Part shown: in pieces, positions 50,979 through 62,342 of the stretch | Layout of the letters: the number at the start of each line of letters is the position of its first letter | How positions within the stretch are numbered: the stretch's first letter is position 1 | Source of the DNA: Plasmodiophora brassicae | Taxonomy: Eukaryota | Reading direction: 5' to 3' | DNA length: 64,000 nucleotides | NCBI GenBank assembly: GCA_036867785.1 | Contig: CP145415.1 | Coordinates: 744,001-808,000, forward strand | Position numbers and translations under genes: made by a program | The notes under the pieces: model-generated | What the model was told of the DNA's origin: nothing | Databases searched by the model: none | What the model saw: only the letters and a program-made list of their open reading frames with translations

Positions 50979-52876
50979 ATGTCGAAAGATGACATCGAGC
51001 GGGCCTTGCGCCTTCTTGATCAGGACAAGCCGTCCGATGCCATTGCCGTGTTTGACGAGATCCTGTCACGATCGTCCAATGACATCCAGGTACGTTCAGC
51101 GCACTAGCACGAAACTCAGGTCTGATACGGGTGCCAGTGTATAATGGGTCGTGCCAGTGCCTATCGCTCCCTAAAGGAATACAAACGGGCTTATGCGGAC
51201 CTAACCAAGGTGCTTTCGCTCGACCCCAAATGCATCGAAGCGTACAGGGTATGGGAGCGCTACTTGATCGTCCTCGCGCCCTACTGAGCCACGGTTTAGG
51301 TGCGGGCACTGATCCTGAACAAGACCGATGATCACGCGAAAGCGAATGATGACTTAACTGCGCTCCTTCAGCTGTCGCCTTACGACTCGGATGCCCTTCA
51401 TTTTCGTGGTATCACCTGGGCGAAACTTGGCGACTACCTGTCTGCTGTTGACGACCTGACGGCAGCGATCCAAATCGGTACGAATACTATGAGACCTTAG
51501 CGCACGTTGATAACAGAATGTGCAAGCAGAGTCACACTCGAGCGAGATGTTCCGCAGTCGTGGACTGGCGTATGGCCACCTGAAGAAGTACGCCCTGGCT
51601 CTAGCTGATTTCAACTGCGCCATTGCCCTAGACCCGCAGGTGTCGTCTATACCGTGCCCTGGTGTCCCTTGTCGCTAACGACGTGTGTATGTAGGACCCG
51701 TACCCGGCATATCGAGACCGGGGTTGCATTCACGTGCACCTGAAGAATTACCAGGCGGCCATATCCGACTTGACGAAGGCGATTCACGGCCGCCCGGACG
51801 ACGTCGAGGCGTACCATAACCGGGCGCTGGCGTACTACAGCGTTGGGCAGTACGAGAATTGCATCGCCGATTCCCTGTTCGTCCTGAAGCACGATCCAGT
51901 TGATGCCGACGCCTGTCTCGACATCGCCAAAGCCAACTTCAAGCTCAACAGGTACACACGCTTCGTCCCCAGCTTCGTGTGATCGATTTCTGACTGCGGC
52001 TCCGGTTAGGGTGTCCGATGCCATCCCGTTCTTGATCGATGCTGTCGTTGCACGTCCAAGCCATGCTCCTGCTGTCAAAAAACTTCTACAGAAGCTCGTC
52101 TGCAACGAGGCCACCATAGTCCAGTCGCGAAGCGCCTCCGTCGCCATGATCCACAATGAGGAATCACGAACGAGGTACATTTGTACTATTTAGAAATCGG
52201 TTTCGCTGAAGTCTATCCCTGATCAGCAACAGCACTGGTTCGGACGTGCAGGCGGAGGAGCCTAAGGTCGTTGATGACGATGATTCCGAGCACAAGCGCA
52301 AGACGATCCTCAAACAGATGATGGCGTCGAAGCGGTTAGCCGAGTTCCGCAGGCTCAACCACGACAAGGACGACCTGAAGAAGAAGATCGAGGAACGGCA
52401 CGCCATCTCGACTGCTGAGGTCGACAGACGAGCCGACCAGGCCATTCGCATCAAACGCGAAATCGAGGAACAGTTCCTGAAGACCCAGAAAGAAAGGGAC
52501 GATCTCAAGCAAGGTTGCATCTGGCCCTACTCGCCTGCTGCTGTTGCTGATCACTGTTCTCCTAGATGTCGATGCGGCCATCGAGCAGTGGGTGCGCGCC
52601 CATAAGATCGGGTCAGGCGGCGACCCGTTTCGCGTTCTGGTTTGCGCCCTGCCCAAACTGCTGACCTCGCGACAATTCGTCGACCTGGTTCCGATCTGCT
52701 CAGCGTTCGCCCATGACCCGTTCCCGCGAGCCAAGGCGTACCGAGATGTCGCGCGCTTCATTCGTAGGGATCGCAAGTGGCAAGCGCGTTACGCAGCGTC
52801 TATGCTAACGGTGCCTCCATTGCAGACCCAGACAAGATCGCTGCGAGTGTGTCGGCTCGGGATCGGGAACTGGTGA
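50979..52876 (+). CDS. TPR-repeat protein with coiled-coil C-terminus (multi-exon)
   Basis: Repeated A..DL..A....P / AY.NRALAY TPR units; charged helix at 52246-52510. Confidence 0.82.
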
Positions 52877-53021
52877 ACGCCGCCTGGTGCATCCTGTCGG
52901 ATGCATACTCGCAGTAGAATACACGACGCAGAGAACGTGTGGGCACACAGATTCGACGACGATCGGGATCGCGTGCATGCGTACACACGCGCGCGATCCT
53001 GCCGCATACCCATATCCAGCC

Positions 53022-53530
53022 ATGTCGATCACGATCAACGCATCCATTGCTGCCGCCTACAAGGACGTTGTCGACGACAAGACACCGACAAACTGGCTGC
53101 TGGTCGGCTACAATTCTGCGAACCCGCGCGAGCTCGTCGAGGTTGGGCGTGGCACGGGAGGATACGACGAATTCATCAGCAAGCTCGCCGACGACATCGT
53201 CTTTGGCGTGTTCCGATGGTACGAACACCGACGAGCGCCACCGGTGCTGTTATCTGAGACAGCGCTGGTTCGCCTAGCTTCGGCGTGGATCATCGCGGGT
53301 CAGTCGAGAGTCGCCGCGCCAAGTTCGTGTTCGTGTCGTACCTGCCGGGGGCGGCGCCGCCGATGCAGCGCGCCAAGACGGGCGGGCACCGCACCGAACT
53401 GAAGAAGGTCATCAGCAACACGCACATCGAGTTCCAGATCGAGAAACCGGGCGAGATGACCAAGGACGACATCGTGAAGAAGCTGCGTCAGAGCGGCGGC
53501 GCCCACCAGCCGTCCGACTACGAGTTCTGA
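53022..53530 (+). CDS. Coactosin-like ADF-H actin-binding protein (2 exons)
   Basis: AYKDVVDDKTPTNWLLVGY, GTGGYDEF, SRRAKFVFVSY, LRQSGGAH. Confidence 0.9.
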
Positions 53531-53694
53531 ACAGCGCGAAGTGAAGTTCGCCCTCCGGCACACGCGGTGACGTTCTCTCGAGTGCCAAAAATAGTTGCGC
53601 GTTCTAAATTTGGCACCTGGACCGCAACGACCTGTCCGGCTGTCCCGTTTCGTCGACAGGGCCGCGCGGCATTGCCATTTGAGTAGCGCGAGCG

Positions 53695-54820
53695 ATGTCG
53701 AAACTGACCGTGCTTGCGTTCGTGGCGACCGCCGTCGCAGTAGCGTGCGTCGCTGATGCTGAGACGAATTCGACGGTCGTGACGCGACGGCCGGAGATCA
53801 GCCTCGGTCGTCATCTCGCGACAACGGCCGCGTCGACGTCGGCCATGCTGGGGATCCTGACGTCACCGAAACTGGCGTCCGTGTTGCCGATGGCAGGGCA
53901 GCCGTTATGGCCACGTTTCGTCGCGTTCGTTGTCCTGTACCAGCTGGTTGCAATCGGGTTCACCGTGTTTGCGTCGCAAAGCCGACGTCTACGACGGCGC
54001 TTTGCGAATGGGCAGGCCCTTAACCGGTTCGCAGTGGCTGGAAGCGGCCAGTTCGCATCGTTCATCCACGCGATGGTGTCCGGTCTCGGGGCTCTTGCTC
54101 TGTGCGCGCGACCGTCCCAACCGATGCACGCGGATCACATCTTTGCCGAGGATCCTGCCGCGTGCACGCTCGTCCTCCATTCCGCTGGGTATTTCCTCTC
54201 CGACAGTACGTCGTACAATGATGATCGAGGCCATGGGCCGGACGTGTGCGCTAACGACTCCTCTTTTCTGTGCAGTGATGGACTTGATCCGGTCGCCGAT
54301 CGACCACCAGCCGATGTACCTGCTGCATCACGCCATGGCGATGATTGCGTTCATGATCGCATTCTACAGTCGGTTCGCGTTCTACGGCGTCGCATTCCTC
54401 TTGTTCGAGCTGTCCACGCCGTTCCTGGCGTTGCGCTGGGCGATCCTCAACATGAAGCTGGACAAGCCACAGACGATGAACGTGCTGAACGCCGCGTTCG
54501 CGCTGACGTTCTTCGCTGTCCGGTTGGGATTCGGCATGGGCGTTGTATCGCCGAGAGTTTTCCGGGAGCTTTGGCGTGTCGCGGTGCATGGGACGTTCGA
54601 CGAGAATTTGTTTCCGCTTGCCGAACAGGGCCTACAGACAACGAGCCCTGCACTGATCCAGAATTTCGCGCGTCTCATTGTTCTGGTCGTCGCCTTCTTC
54701 AACTGCCTGAACGTCTTCTTCTCGACGCAGATCGTCAGCATGCTCCGGAAGACGATCAAGCGAGCAAGGGGTTCGAGCACACGACCGCTGCCTCCTACGC
54801 AACATATGCATTCCGATTAA
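53695..54820 (+). CDS. TLC (TRAM/LAG1/CLN8) domain membrane protein (2 exons)
   Basis: SFIHAMVSG, SAGYFLSD, YLLHH, FELSTPFL, TFFAVR; intron ~54206-54275. Confidence 0.88.
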
Positions 54821-56318
54821 CGGATTCCCACCCTCGAATTCGTGATAAATCTCGTTTCAGACGTCGTTCGCTTATTTTCCAACCTCCATCACACGCCCTG
54901 AACATAGCATCCTTGGATCGACAGCAATCGTCGACTGTTTGAACTCGACGCTCAATTCCCTATCTTTAAGACGACAGTGTGGACGGCCGACTACCGTGGG
55001 GCAGTTGCTACACCATTGTGCAACGACAACTGGCAACACGGCTCTATTCATCACAGCATCGGGCCAAGCTATCAGGCATGCGGAGCTGGTGACATTCGGT
55101 TCAGAGGGCGTGCACCAATACGGCGACATGATCGCCCGGCTTGATGCCGAGCTGCTCCCAATGCTGACGGAAACCGCACTGGAAAGCTATCGGCCGCACG
55201 TCTTTGACCATGCAGTTGGGCGATTTCGCCTCGGCACTATTGAAAAGAACGGAACAAGGTACAGCGCTTCCACTTGACCATAACGTTGTCCCGCACGTTG
55301 TATCCATGTAAAACCATTTCAAAGGCGGCCAGTATGTCGCGGCTCGGATGTCGTTTCCCGGCAGATGAAGGGTGTGAGATTCTGGCCGTATTTACAATGG
55401 TTGAACGCGCGTGATCGATTTCTCTCGTCTTGGTTAAACGCATTCCAGTTTTGCCCAATTCATGTAGAACGCGGTAGCACTTTGTTGAGTGTCAGGACAC
55501 CTGCTGTGCTGGCGGAAAGACCGACGGCGAAGCAAGCGGTCTGGGCTCTGTGCGAGCGCGACCGAGCTTGGCGCGTGCTGATGTGGATCTTGTCGAAGAA
55601 CTCCTCAAACACGCGATTCCAGAAAGCGCTTGACTTCTGCCCATTTCCGACAATAGGAACTTATATATGTGTTAGGCGCTCGAACTGTTTGAGCATACGC
55701 GCGAGCCCATAAACTAGCGTTTGGCTTCTGCCATTTCCGACAATCGGATCATGAGATACGGCGGCCTGGATGATGATCCTGGTAAACCTCCGGTTCTTTG
55801 TACCACTGGCGACGCGACCACTGTGGCTCGTTTATTTGACGACGTTCTCCTGCACGCAACAGACGATCTCCAATTCTCAGTGAGCCGAAGTATGTCATGC
55901 TGCGCGTGTAATGGCTCCGTTCCTGTTTCGCCCTTTACGATCGGTTTTCGTTCTACTTTGTCGTGATTCTCCAGCTTGAGCTGTCCACCCCTTGTTCTCG
56001 CCGTCACGCTGGGAGATCAACAACCTGGGGCCGAACAAGACAAAGACGGCAGTCATTTTGGACGTTGCCTTCGCTTTGATCATCACGTTTCGACCGATAT
56101 TCGATACGGCGGTCTGGACGCCTTTGTTGTTGCGTGAACTTTGTCCTGTTCGCTGATCAAGGTTTAGATACAACCGTACATGCGGTCGCTGTACACGTGG
56201 CACATTGGCCTTCTCACTGACCTGATCAAGAGCTGGGCAAACGGCGCCATCCGTCACGTCCAGGTGCTCGCCGTCACGTAAGTCGGAGCGATGTGATGCA
56301 CGAGTCTGTATGCACCCG

Positions 56319-56342
56319 CCCCCCCCCCCCCCCCCCCCCCCC
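56319..56342. repeat. C24 homopolymer
   Basis: 24 consecutive C. Confidence 0.95.
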
Positions 56343-57126
56343 GAGACCCCGCGCTCATCGACCGGCATGGCGTGCGTCCGTTTACTAACAGTATTTCGCC
56401 GAGGCTGCGCGATCGAGGTTGGAGTCATCGGCGAAGGGTCGCGTGCCATTGTGAACAGTTACTCCGTAGCCAACCATGTCCAATTTCTTCGGCGACGTCG
56501 TGGATCACACGAGGAAGGGCAAGGTATGCGGGGCCGATATTGCTCGACGGCCAACTTCTGCGTGACGTCGATGTTGATTAGGTGCCCCGAGTCGGCAACC
56601 GTATCATTCAGGTGCTGCTCGGCCTGATCAATTGCGTCCTGTTCGGGGTCGGCACCATCTTCGCCGCCCTTGTCGAGAAATCGTGGCCCGACGTCCTGAT
56701 CGGCGTCCTCCAGCTCATCCTTCCCATCCTCGGGTAATATGTGTGCCGGCGCAATTGTATCGGTCCACGTGACTGCCCTAGCGTCGCCAGATGGGTCTGG
56801 AGCATCATCTGGGGAATCCTCATGATCGTCGACAAGTAGAGACTTCGTCATGTCGTATGCGCGGGCACCCGTTGCAGATGATACACTACGTTACCCTGGC
56901 TCTATCGTTTATGACATGACTGTCGCATGTCCAGAGGGCGCTCTAAGCGGTGTCCGGCACCGAGCGCCCTTGGACACGCGTCTCCACAGAACTTCCCCAG
57001 ACAGCTACTAGTACAGTTGTACAAGGTCGATCGATCCTCCGATTGCATGGTACCACTTGGTACCGCTAGCCGGGCCTAACGCTTGCTTTCGGGGGCGCAT
57101 CCACGCAAGACGCGAACGCTGCTGTG

Positions 57127-58310
57127 ATGGCGGCATCGTCGCCGGAGGAAGATGGAATATTGTCGCTCTTCCTCCAGAGCAAGGTCTGAGGCACAACGTG
57201 CCGATGCATGTGTCCCCGACTGCTTAATGTCGCTGGGCCACGACAGGCTTGCGAGCGGATGCTGCTGAGGTTCGCCGAGCGCGAGGTGTCGTTGGAGTCC
57301 GTCTACTTCTGGCGACACGTGACCGCCTATCTCAAAGAGACACAAAGGTGCATCGATTCCGTTGACCCTCACGGTCGTTCTGAAGATGGAAATGCAGTGA
57401 GACGTCGCGGACGCATGCGAACGACATGATTAAGGAGTATATCGAGAAGGGGTCCCGGCACGAGATCAACATCAGCGGATCTTTGCACGATGCCCTGCTT
57501 CGATCGCCAAATGACAGGTCGCTGTGGAAAGAAGCCCAGAGCGAGGTCAGCAAGATGGTCACCGACGGCCAGTTCATGCGCCTGTCCGCGAGAATTACCA
57601 ACCTTGTCAAGTCCAGTTGGGCGGAGGCCATGACGCTGCAGGGTCCCGATGGGATGACACTGCAGAAAGCCTTCTACAATCATATGTTCACGAAATCGCC
57701 CGAGTCGCGCGCGATGTTCAAGGAGGACATGTCGAAACAGGAGCTGATGTTCGGACAGATGATGACCGACGCGGTCAACATTTTGGACAACTTCGAGGAG
57801 CTGGTCGACAAGCTCGTGTACCTGGGCGATGTGCACCGTTACCTGAACCTCGTTCCGGAGCACTTCCGGGTCGTGGGCGAAAGTCTTATTGGGACCCTCG
57901 AAGACGTCCTCGGAAAGGTAGGCGTTTCTTGTCGCGTAGCTGTCGAAGCAATCATGCTGAAAGGCGGGTGTGCGTTCACGCAGAAGAAGTTCAACGCTGA
58001 AGTCAAAGAGGCGTGGGTGATGGTTTACGATTTGATGGCGACCATCATGCTGTTGACGATCAACCCCGAACAAGTATCAGAACTATCAATCGACCTATCT
58101 GGACTTGAAACTGCACGCCCCTGTGATGGCATCCCGATTCAGATCGAAGGATCGCAGACTGCCCGCCCTGATGTGCCGGGGCAAGATCCTCAGCATACAC
58201 ATCGAAGATGGCACTGCTGGAGCCTAAATCGAAATGTCACTGCTGCCATGGCTGCCTTCCTGCTCATCGTTATTGCCATTGTCATCATCATCGTCATTAC
58301 CCGCATGTGA
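57127..58310 (+). CDS. RGS domain-globin fusion protein with C-terminal TM anchor, copy A (334 aa, 4 exons)
   Basis: Exons 57127-57183, 57247-57347, 57398-57917, 57984-58310. RGS: LSLFLQSK..LLRFAEREVSLESVYFW..MIKEYIEKGSRHEINIS..LWKEAQSEVSKMV..FMRL. Globin: LVKSSW..AFYNHMF..PESRAMF..KQ..LGDVH..EHFRVVGESLI..EAW. Confidence 0.9.
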
Positions 58311-58686
58311 TCCACTGTACTGGCGTACTCACAACCCTCAATAAATGGCTGGTCATTGACGGATTATGAAGTCACGATCACGCTTGGTTCTTGGTCCCAT
58401 ATGGGATGCGGTTCTGGGCCGGGCACCGTTTCCAGTTAATAGACTACGCTGCCCTGGCTCAATCGTGTAAGACAGTGCTGTCGCATGCTCAGGAGGCCGC
58501 CCGTGCGGACGCTTATGTGCCCGGCACAGACCGGGCCCCTGGACAAACGTCGCCTCAGGACTTCCCCTGTTACAGTTGTACAACGCCGGCCGATCCGCCG
58601 ATTGCATGGTACCACTTGGTACAGCTAGGCTGGCCTAACGCGTGCCTTCTGAGGTGCACTCCACGCAAGACGCGAACGCTGCCGTG

Positions 58687-59872
58687 ATGGCGCCATCGTC
58701 GCCGGAAGAAGGTGGAATTTTGTCGCTCTTCCTCCAGAGCAAGGTCTGAGGCACAACGTGCCCATGCATGTGTTCCTGGCTGCTTAATGTCGCTGGGTCA
58801 CGACAGGCTTGCGAGCGGATGCTGCTGAGGTTCGCCGAGCGCGAGGTGTCGTTGGAGTCCGTCTACTTCTGGCGACACGTGACCGCCTATCTCAAAGAGA
58901 CACAAAGGTGCACAACGATTTTATCGACTCACAAGGTTACACTGAAGATGGAAATGCAGTAAGGCGTCGCGGACGGATGCGGACGACATGATCAAGGAGT
59001 ATATCGAGGAAGGGTCCAGTCACGAGATCAACATCAGTGGATCATTGCGCGATGCCCTGCTCCGGTCGCCAAATGACAGGTCGCTGTGGAAAGAAGCCCA
59101 GAGTGAGGTCGGCAAGATGGTCACCGGCGGCCAATTCATGCGCCTGTCCGCGAGAGTCACCAAACTCGTCAAGTCCAGTTGGGCGGAGGCCATGACGCTG
59201 CAGGGTCGCGATGGGGTGACACTGCAGAAAGCCTTCTACAATCATATGTTCACGAAAGCACCTGAGTCGCGCGCGTTGTTCAAGGAGGACACGTCTAAGC
59301 AGGAGCTGATGTTCGGGCAGATGATGACGGACGCGGTCAACATTTTGGACAATTTCGAGGAGCTGGTCAACAAGCTCGTGTACCTGGGCGAAGTGCACCG
59401 GTATCTGGACCTCGCCCCGGAGCACTTCCGGGTCGTGGGCGAAAGTCTGATTGGGACCCTTGAAGACATCCTCGGAAAGGTAGGCGTTTCCTGCCGCGTA
59501 GCTGACGAAGCGACCATTCTGAGTGGCGGGTGTGCGTTCACGCAGAAGAGGTTCAACGCTGAAGTCAAAGAGGCGTGGGTGATGGTTTTCGATTTGATGG
59601 CCACCATCATGCTGTTGACGATCGCCCCAGAACAAGTATCACAGATCTCAATCGACGCACCTGGCCGTGCAACTGGGTGCCCCTGCGACGGCGTTCAGAT
59701 TCAGATCGAAGGATCGCAGACTGTCAGCCCTGACGTGCCAGGGCTAGATCCTCAGCATACACATCGAAGATGGCACAGCTGGAGCCTAAGTCGCAATGCC
59801 ACTGCTGCCGTGGCTGTCGTCCTGCTCATCGCCATTGGCATTGTCATCATCATCGTCACTACCCGCATGTGA
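58687..59872 (+). CDS. RGS domain-globin fusion protein with C-terminal TM anchor, copy B (4 exons)
   Basis: Exons 58687-58743, 58807-58907, 58960-59479, 59546-59872; same introns and motifs as copy A; frame intact. Confidence 0.9.
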
Positions 59873-59967
59873 TCCACTGTCCTGGCGTACACGCAGCACT
59901 AAATGACTGACGGGTCATTCGTCGAATTTAACTGTATGCTAGGGTGACGTAGATTATGAAGTTACGG

Positions 59968-60631
59968 TCACGCCTGGTTCTTGGTCCCGAATGGGATGCG
60001 GTCCTGGACCTTGGCGTACTGCGCTTTGATGTACGCCCACAGGTCACCGGCGGCCTTGCGGCACGTCGACACCCATCCGGGCTCCGCTCCCGCTGGAGGA
60101 GCGTCGGACCCGGTCGGCTGCTTGTTCAGCATCGATTTAACAAGCCGAATGTAGTCAGACTCGGCGTCGGCCTTGGGCTTGCCGCTCAGAGCTTTCCAGG
60201 CGTCCCACTTCGCGCGCTCTTTCATGTTCAGGACACTCGGGCGCTCTGGGGACGAATCGGTAAGTTCGACGCGACCGCGGAAGACGTGGGGACCCCGTAC
60301 CAGTGTCACAGTCGCCCATGGTTGCTTGCTTGTAGAGGCCATACAGTTTCAGCTTTGTAGCATCGTCCAGGCTCCCCAGCGTCTTCACGTTATCGGCGGC
60401 ATCATTGAACGCGGCCTATCACTGAATATCAGTTTCTGATGTGATCCCGGCCCGACGTAGGTTCCGGACCGAAAGGCGAATTCTCGGTGTTGGTGTCTTC
60501 CCCGATATCTTGGGCCAGGTAACCGCGACGACAACCGTGGCGATGGCAACAACGACACCGACGACAACAACCGCGATCGCGGCCCAGCGGCGCTTGGATG
60601 CAGAGCGTTGCGACGACGACGACGATAGCAT
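59968..60631 (-). CDS. ACBP: Acyl-CoA-binding protein with N-terminal TM anchor (multi-exon)
   Basis: KLKLYGLYKQATMGDC, ERAKWDAWKALSG..AESDYIRLV; upstream exon WAAIAVVVVGVVVAIATVVVAVTW. Confidence 0.9.
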
Positions 60632-60677
60632 GACGACTGGGACTCACGTGGGCACACCGAATAAAATCTGGCGAGGA

Positions 60678-60705
60678 GGGGGGAGGGGGGGGGGGGGGGG
60701 GGGGG
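60678..60705. repeat. G6-A-G21 tract just upstream of ACBP
   Basis: Direct reading of the sequence. Confidence 0.95.
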
Positions 60706-61358
60706 ATTCGGACCACCGACACCAACCGGGGCCATGGCGTCGCATCGCGCGGTCCGCCACGGGATGACGACGATGTACCCGGGGCGCCTGAAATGGACCC
60801 GCCGCACGTCCCCAGGTGCGAATGCGATCCCCCGCCAACTGAGCCGATTTGGTTCGGCTCACTTGGCGGCGTACGCAGCGGGGCCGGGTGAACAGTGCGG
60901 CGGCGCTCGAGCAACGCCTGGAACGATCTCGTTGATCGTTTCGATAAGTCCCTGCGAAACAACCTATTCTGGTCGCATTCCAGTCCAAAGCTATGGCCGC
61001 CAAGAATGCAGACATCGAGGACACCTTGGTCGTGGCCATAATACTGTATGATCTGTCTGCCGAGTATCCAGAGGTTGTTATAATTGCGCTCGACACCGCC
61101 GACAAGGTTGACTGTCACAAATCAGCGTCTTGATACCTCTGCAGCCAGGTTGCACAGTATGATGGCCGCAATTAAGCTTCCTCGAATGTTGAGGCCTGCA
61201 TTCGGGTTGGCGCTCTGACATATTTTATAAAACATAATGCCTGGTTTAGAGTGACGATGCACTCAGGAATAATGTTTTGGGTGTTGAGTGGAACAATGCC
61301 CGCCTGGTAGGCTGGTACCTGACGTTCAGGCGTACACGGGCCGGCCAGCAGCCCCACA

Positions 61359-62282
61359 ATGACAGATGCCGCGGCGGAGTGCGCAGCGAGCGCTCAGGAA
61401 CCACAGCTGGAACGTGTCGTGTTAGTTCACGTTGATCGATTGTCACCGCCATTAATCGATGTCGTTGTTGTCGACGTCGTCGCCCGGAATATCAGCCAAA
61501 TTCTCGACCTGTTGGGGTCGCTGTCCCTGACGACGTTGCCGCGCTTATCGCATCTGGGCCGCGTCAAACGCGACAGAGGATCGCCGACGGCACGAATTCT
61601 CATCTGCGATGATGGTCACTTCTCAACACTCGACGAAACCTGTAGAACAAGGATACTGCAGTATGGTGCACATTTCATCGTACAAGTCCCGTCGTGTCCA
61701 CCCATGTCGCATGTTGAACACCAAACTTGGCGTAAAATCTGGCCGTTGTCCTCGCGTGCTCAACCTCCTCGACATAATCCTATCGATCCGCTGACGTCCT
61801 CTACTCGAGTTCGAATCATTGAGCTCGTGGAAGGCCTTCCTCGGGGCGATCTGATTGCTGCGTCACTTGTCGACGATGACGGCGTCGTGGTCGGCCAAGC
61901 AGTACAACGGGTTGGTAATCAACCGAATCCACTGGATCATGCGGTTATCCGAGTTATCGATGTGGTCGCTCGTGCCAACTGCGATAAATCGATTGCCAGC
62001 AAAGGATCGTGGTCCCAAGACCCCTATTTGTGTCGCGGGTTAGACTTGCTCGTTACACATGAGCCGTGTGCCATGTGTACGATGGCAGCCCTGCATTCTC
62101 GTATCGGCCGACTCGTTTACATCCGACCTGTGAAGAGATATGGCGCTTGTGGGTCCCAGTTCTACATTCACTGCGACTCCAGGTTGAACCATCGGTTTGA
62201 TGCCTATCGATTCGTCAGTCCAGCAATCGATGAGGACGATTACGCCCTCGCTCCTGACGGCTGCAGATCTGCCAAACAGTAA
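61359..62282 (+). CDS. TAD3: tRNA adenosine-34 deaminase regulatory subunit Tad3/ADAT3
   Basis: HLGRVKR, WP motif, PLDHAV (V replaces catalytic E), YLC..HEPCAMCTMAALHSRI, LNHRF. Confidence 0.92.
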   Translation: MTDAAAECAASAQEPQLERVVLVHVDRLSPPLIDVVVVDVVARNISQILDLLGSLSLTTLPRLSHLGRVKRDRGSPTARILICDDGHFSTLDETCRTRILQYGAHFIVQVPSCPPMSHVEHQTWRKIWPLSSRAQPPRHNPIDPLTSSTRVRIIELVEGLPRGDLIAASLVDDDGVVVGQAVQRVGNQPNPLDHAVIRVIDVVARANCDKSIASKGSWSQDPYLCRGLDLLVTHEPCAMCTMAALHSRIGRLVYIRPVKRYGACGSQFYIHCDSRLNHRFDAYRFVSPAIDEDDYALAPDGCRSAKQ

Positions 62283-62342
62283 TCGCTAATGTACAAGAAT
62301 GTTCTACCACAGCCCATCAGTGTTCCCAACTACAACGACGCG

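Larger units (their letters stand above)
56990..60010. repeat. Tandem segmental duplication, ~1560-bp period
   Basis: ~56990-58420 aligns with ~58560-60010, including upstream region, introns and 3' flank. Confidence 0.93.

Noticed and set aside
57426-58310. Calling the globin a flavohaemoglobin or a bacterial contaminant
   Set aside because: No FAD/NAD reductase domain follows, and the gene has spliceosomal introns and a eukaryotic RGS domain.
57369-59635. Minus-strand ORFs 57369-58073 and 59042-59635
   Set aside because: Antisense shadows of the RGS-globin exons.
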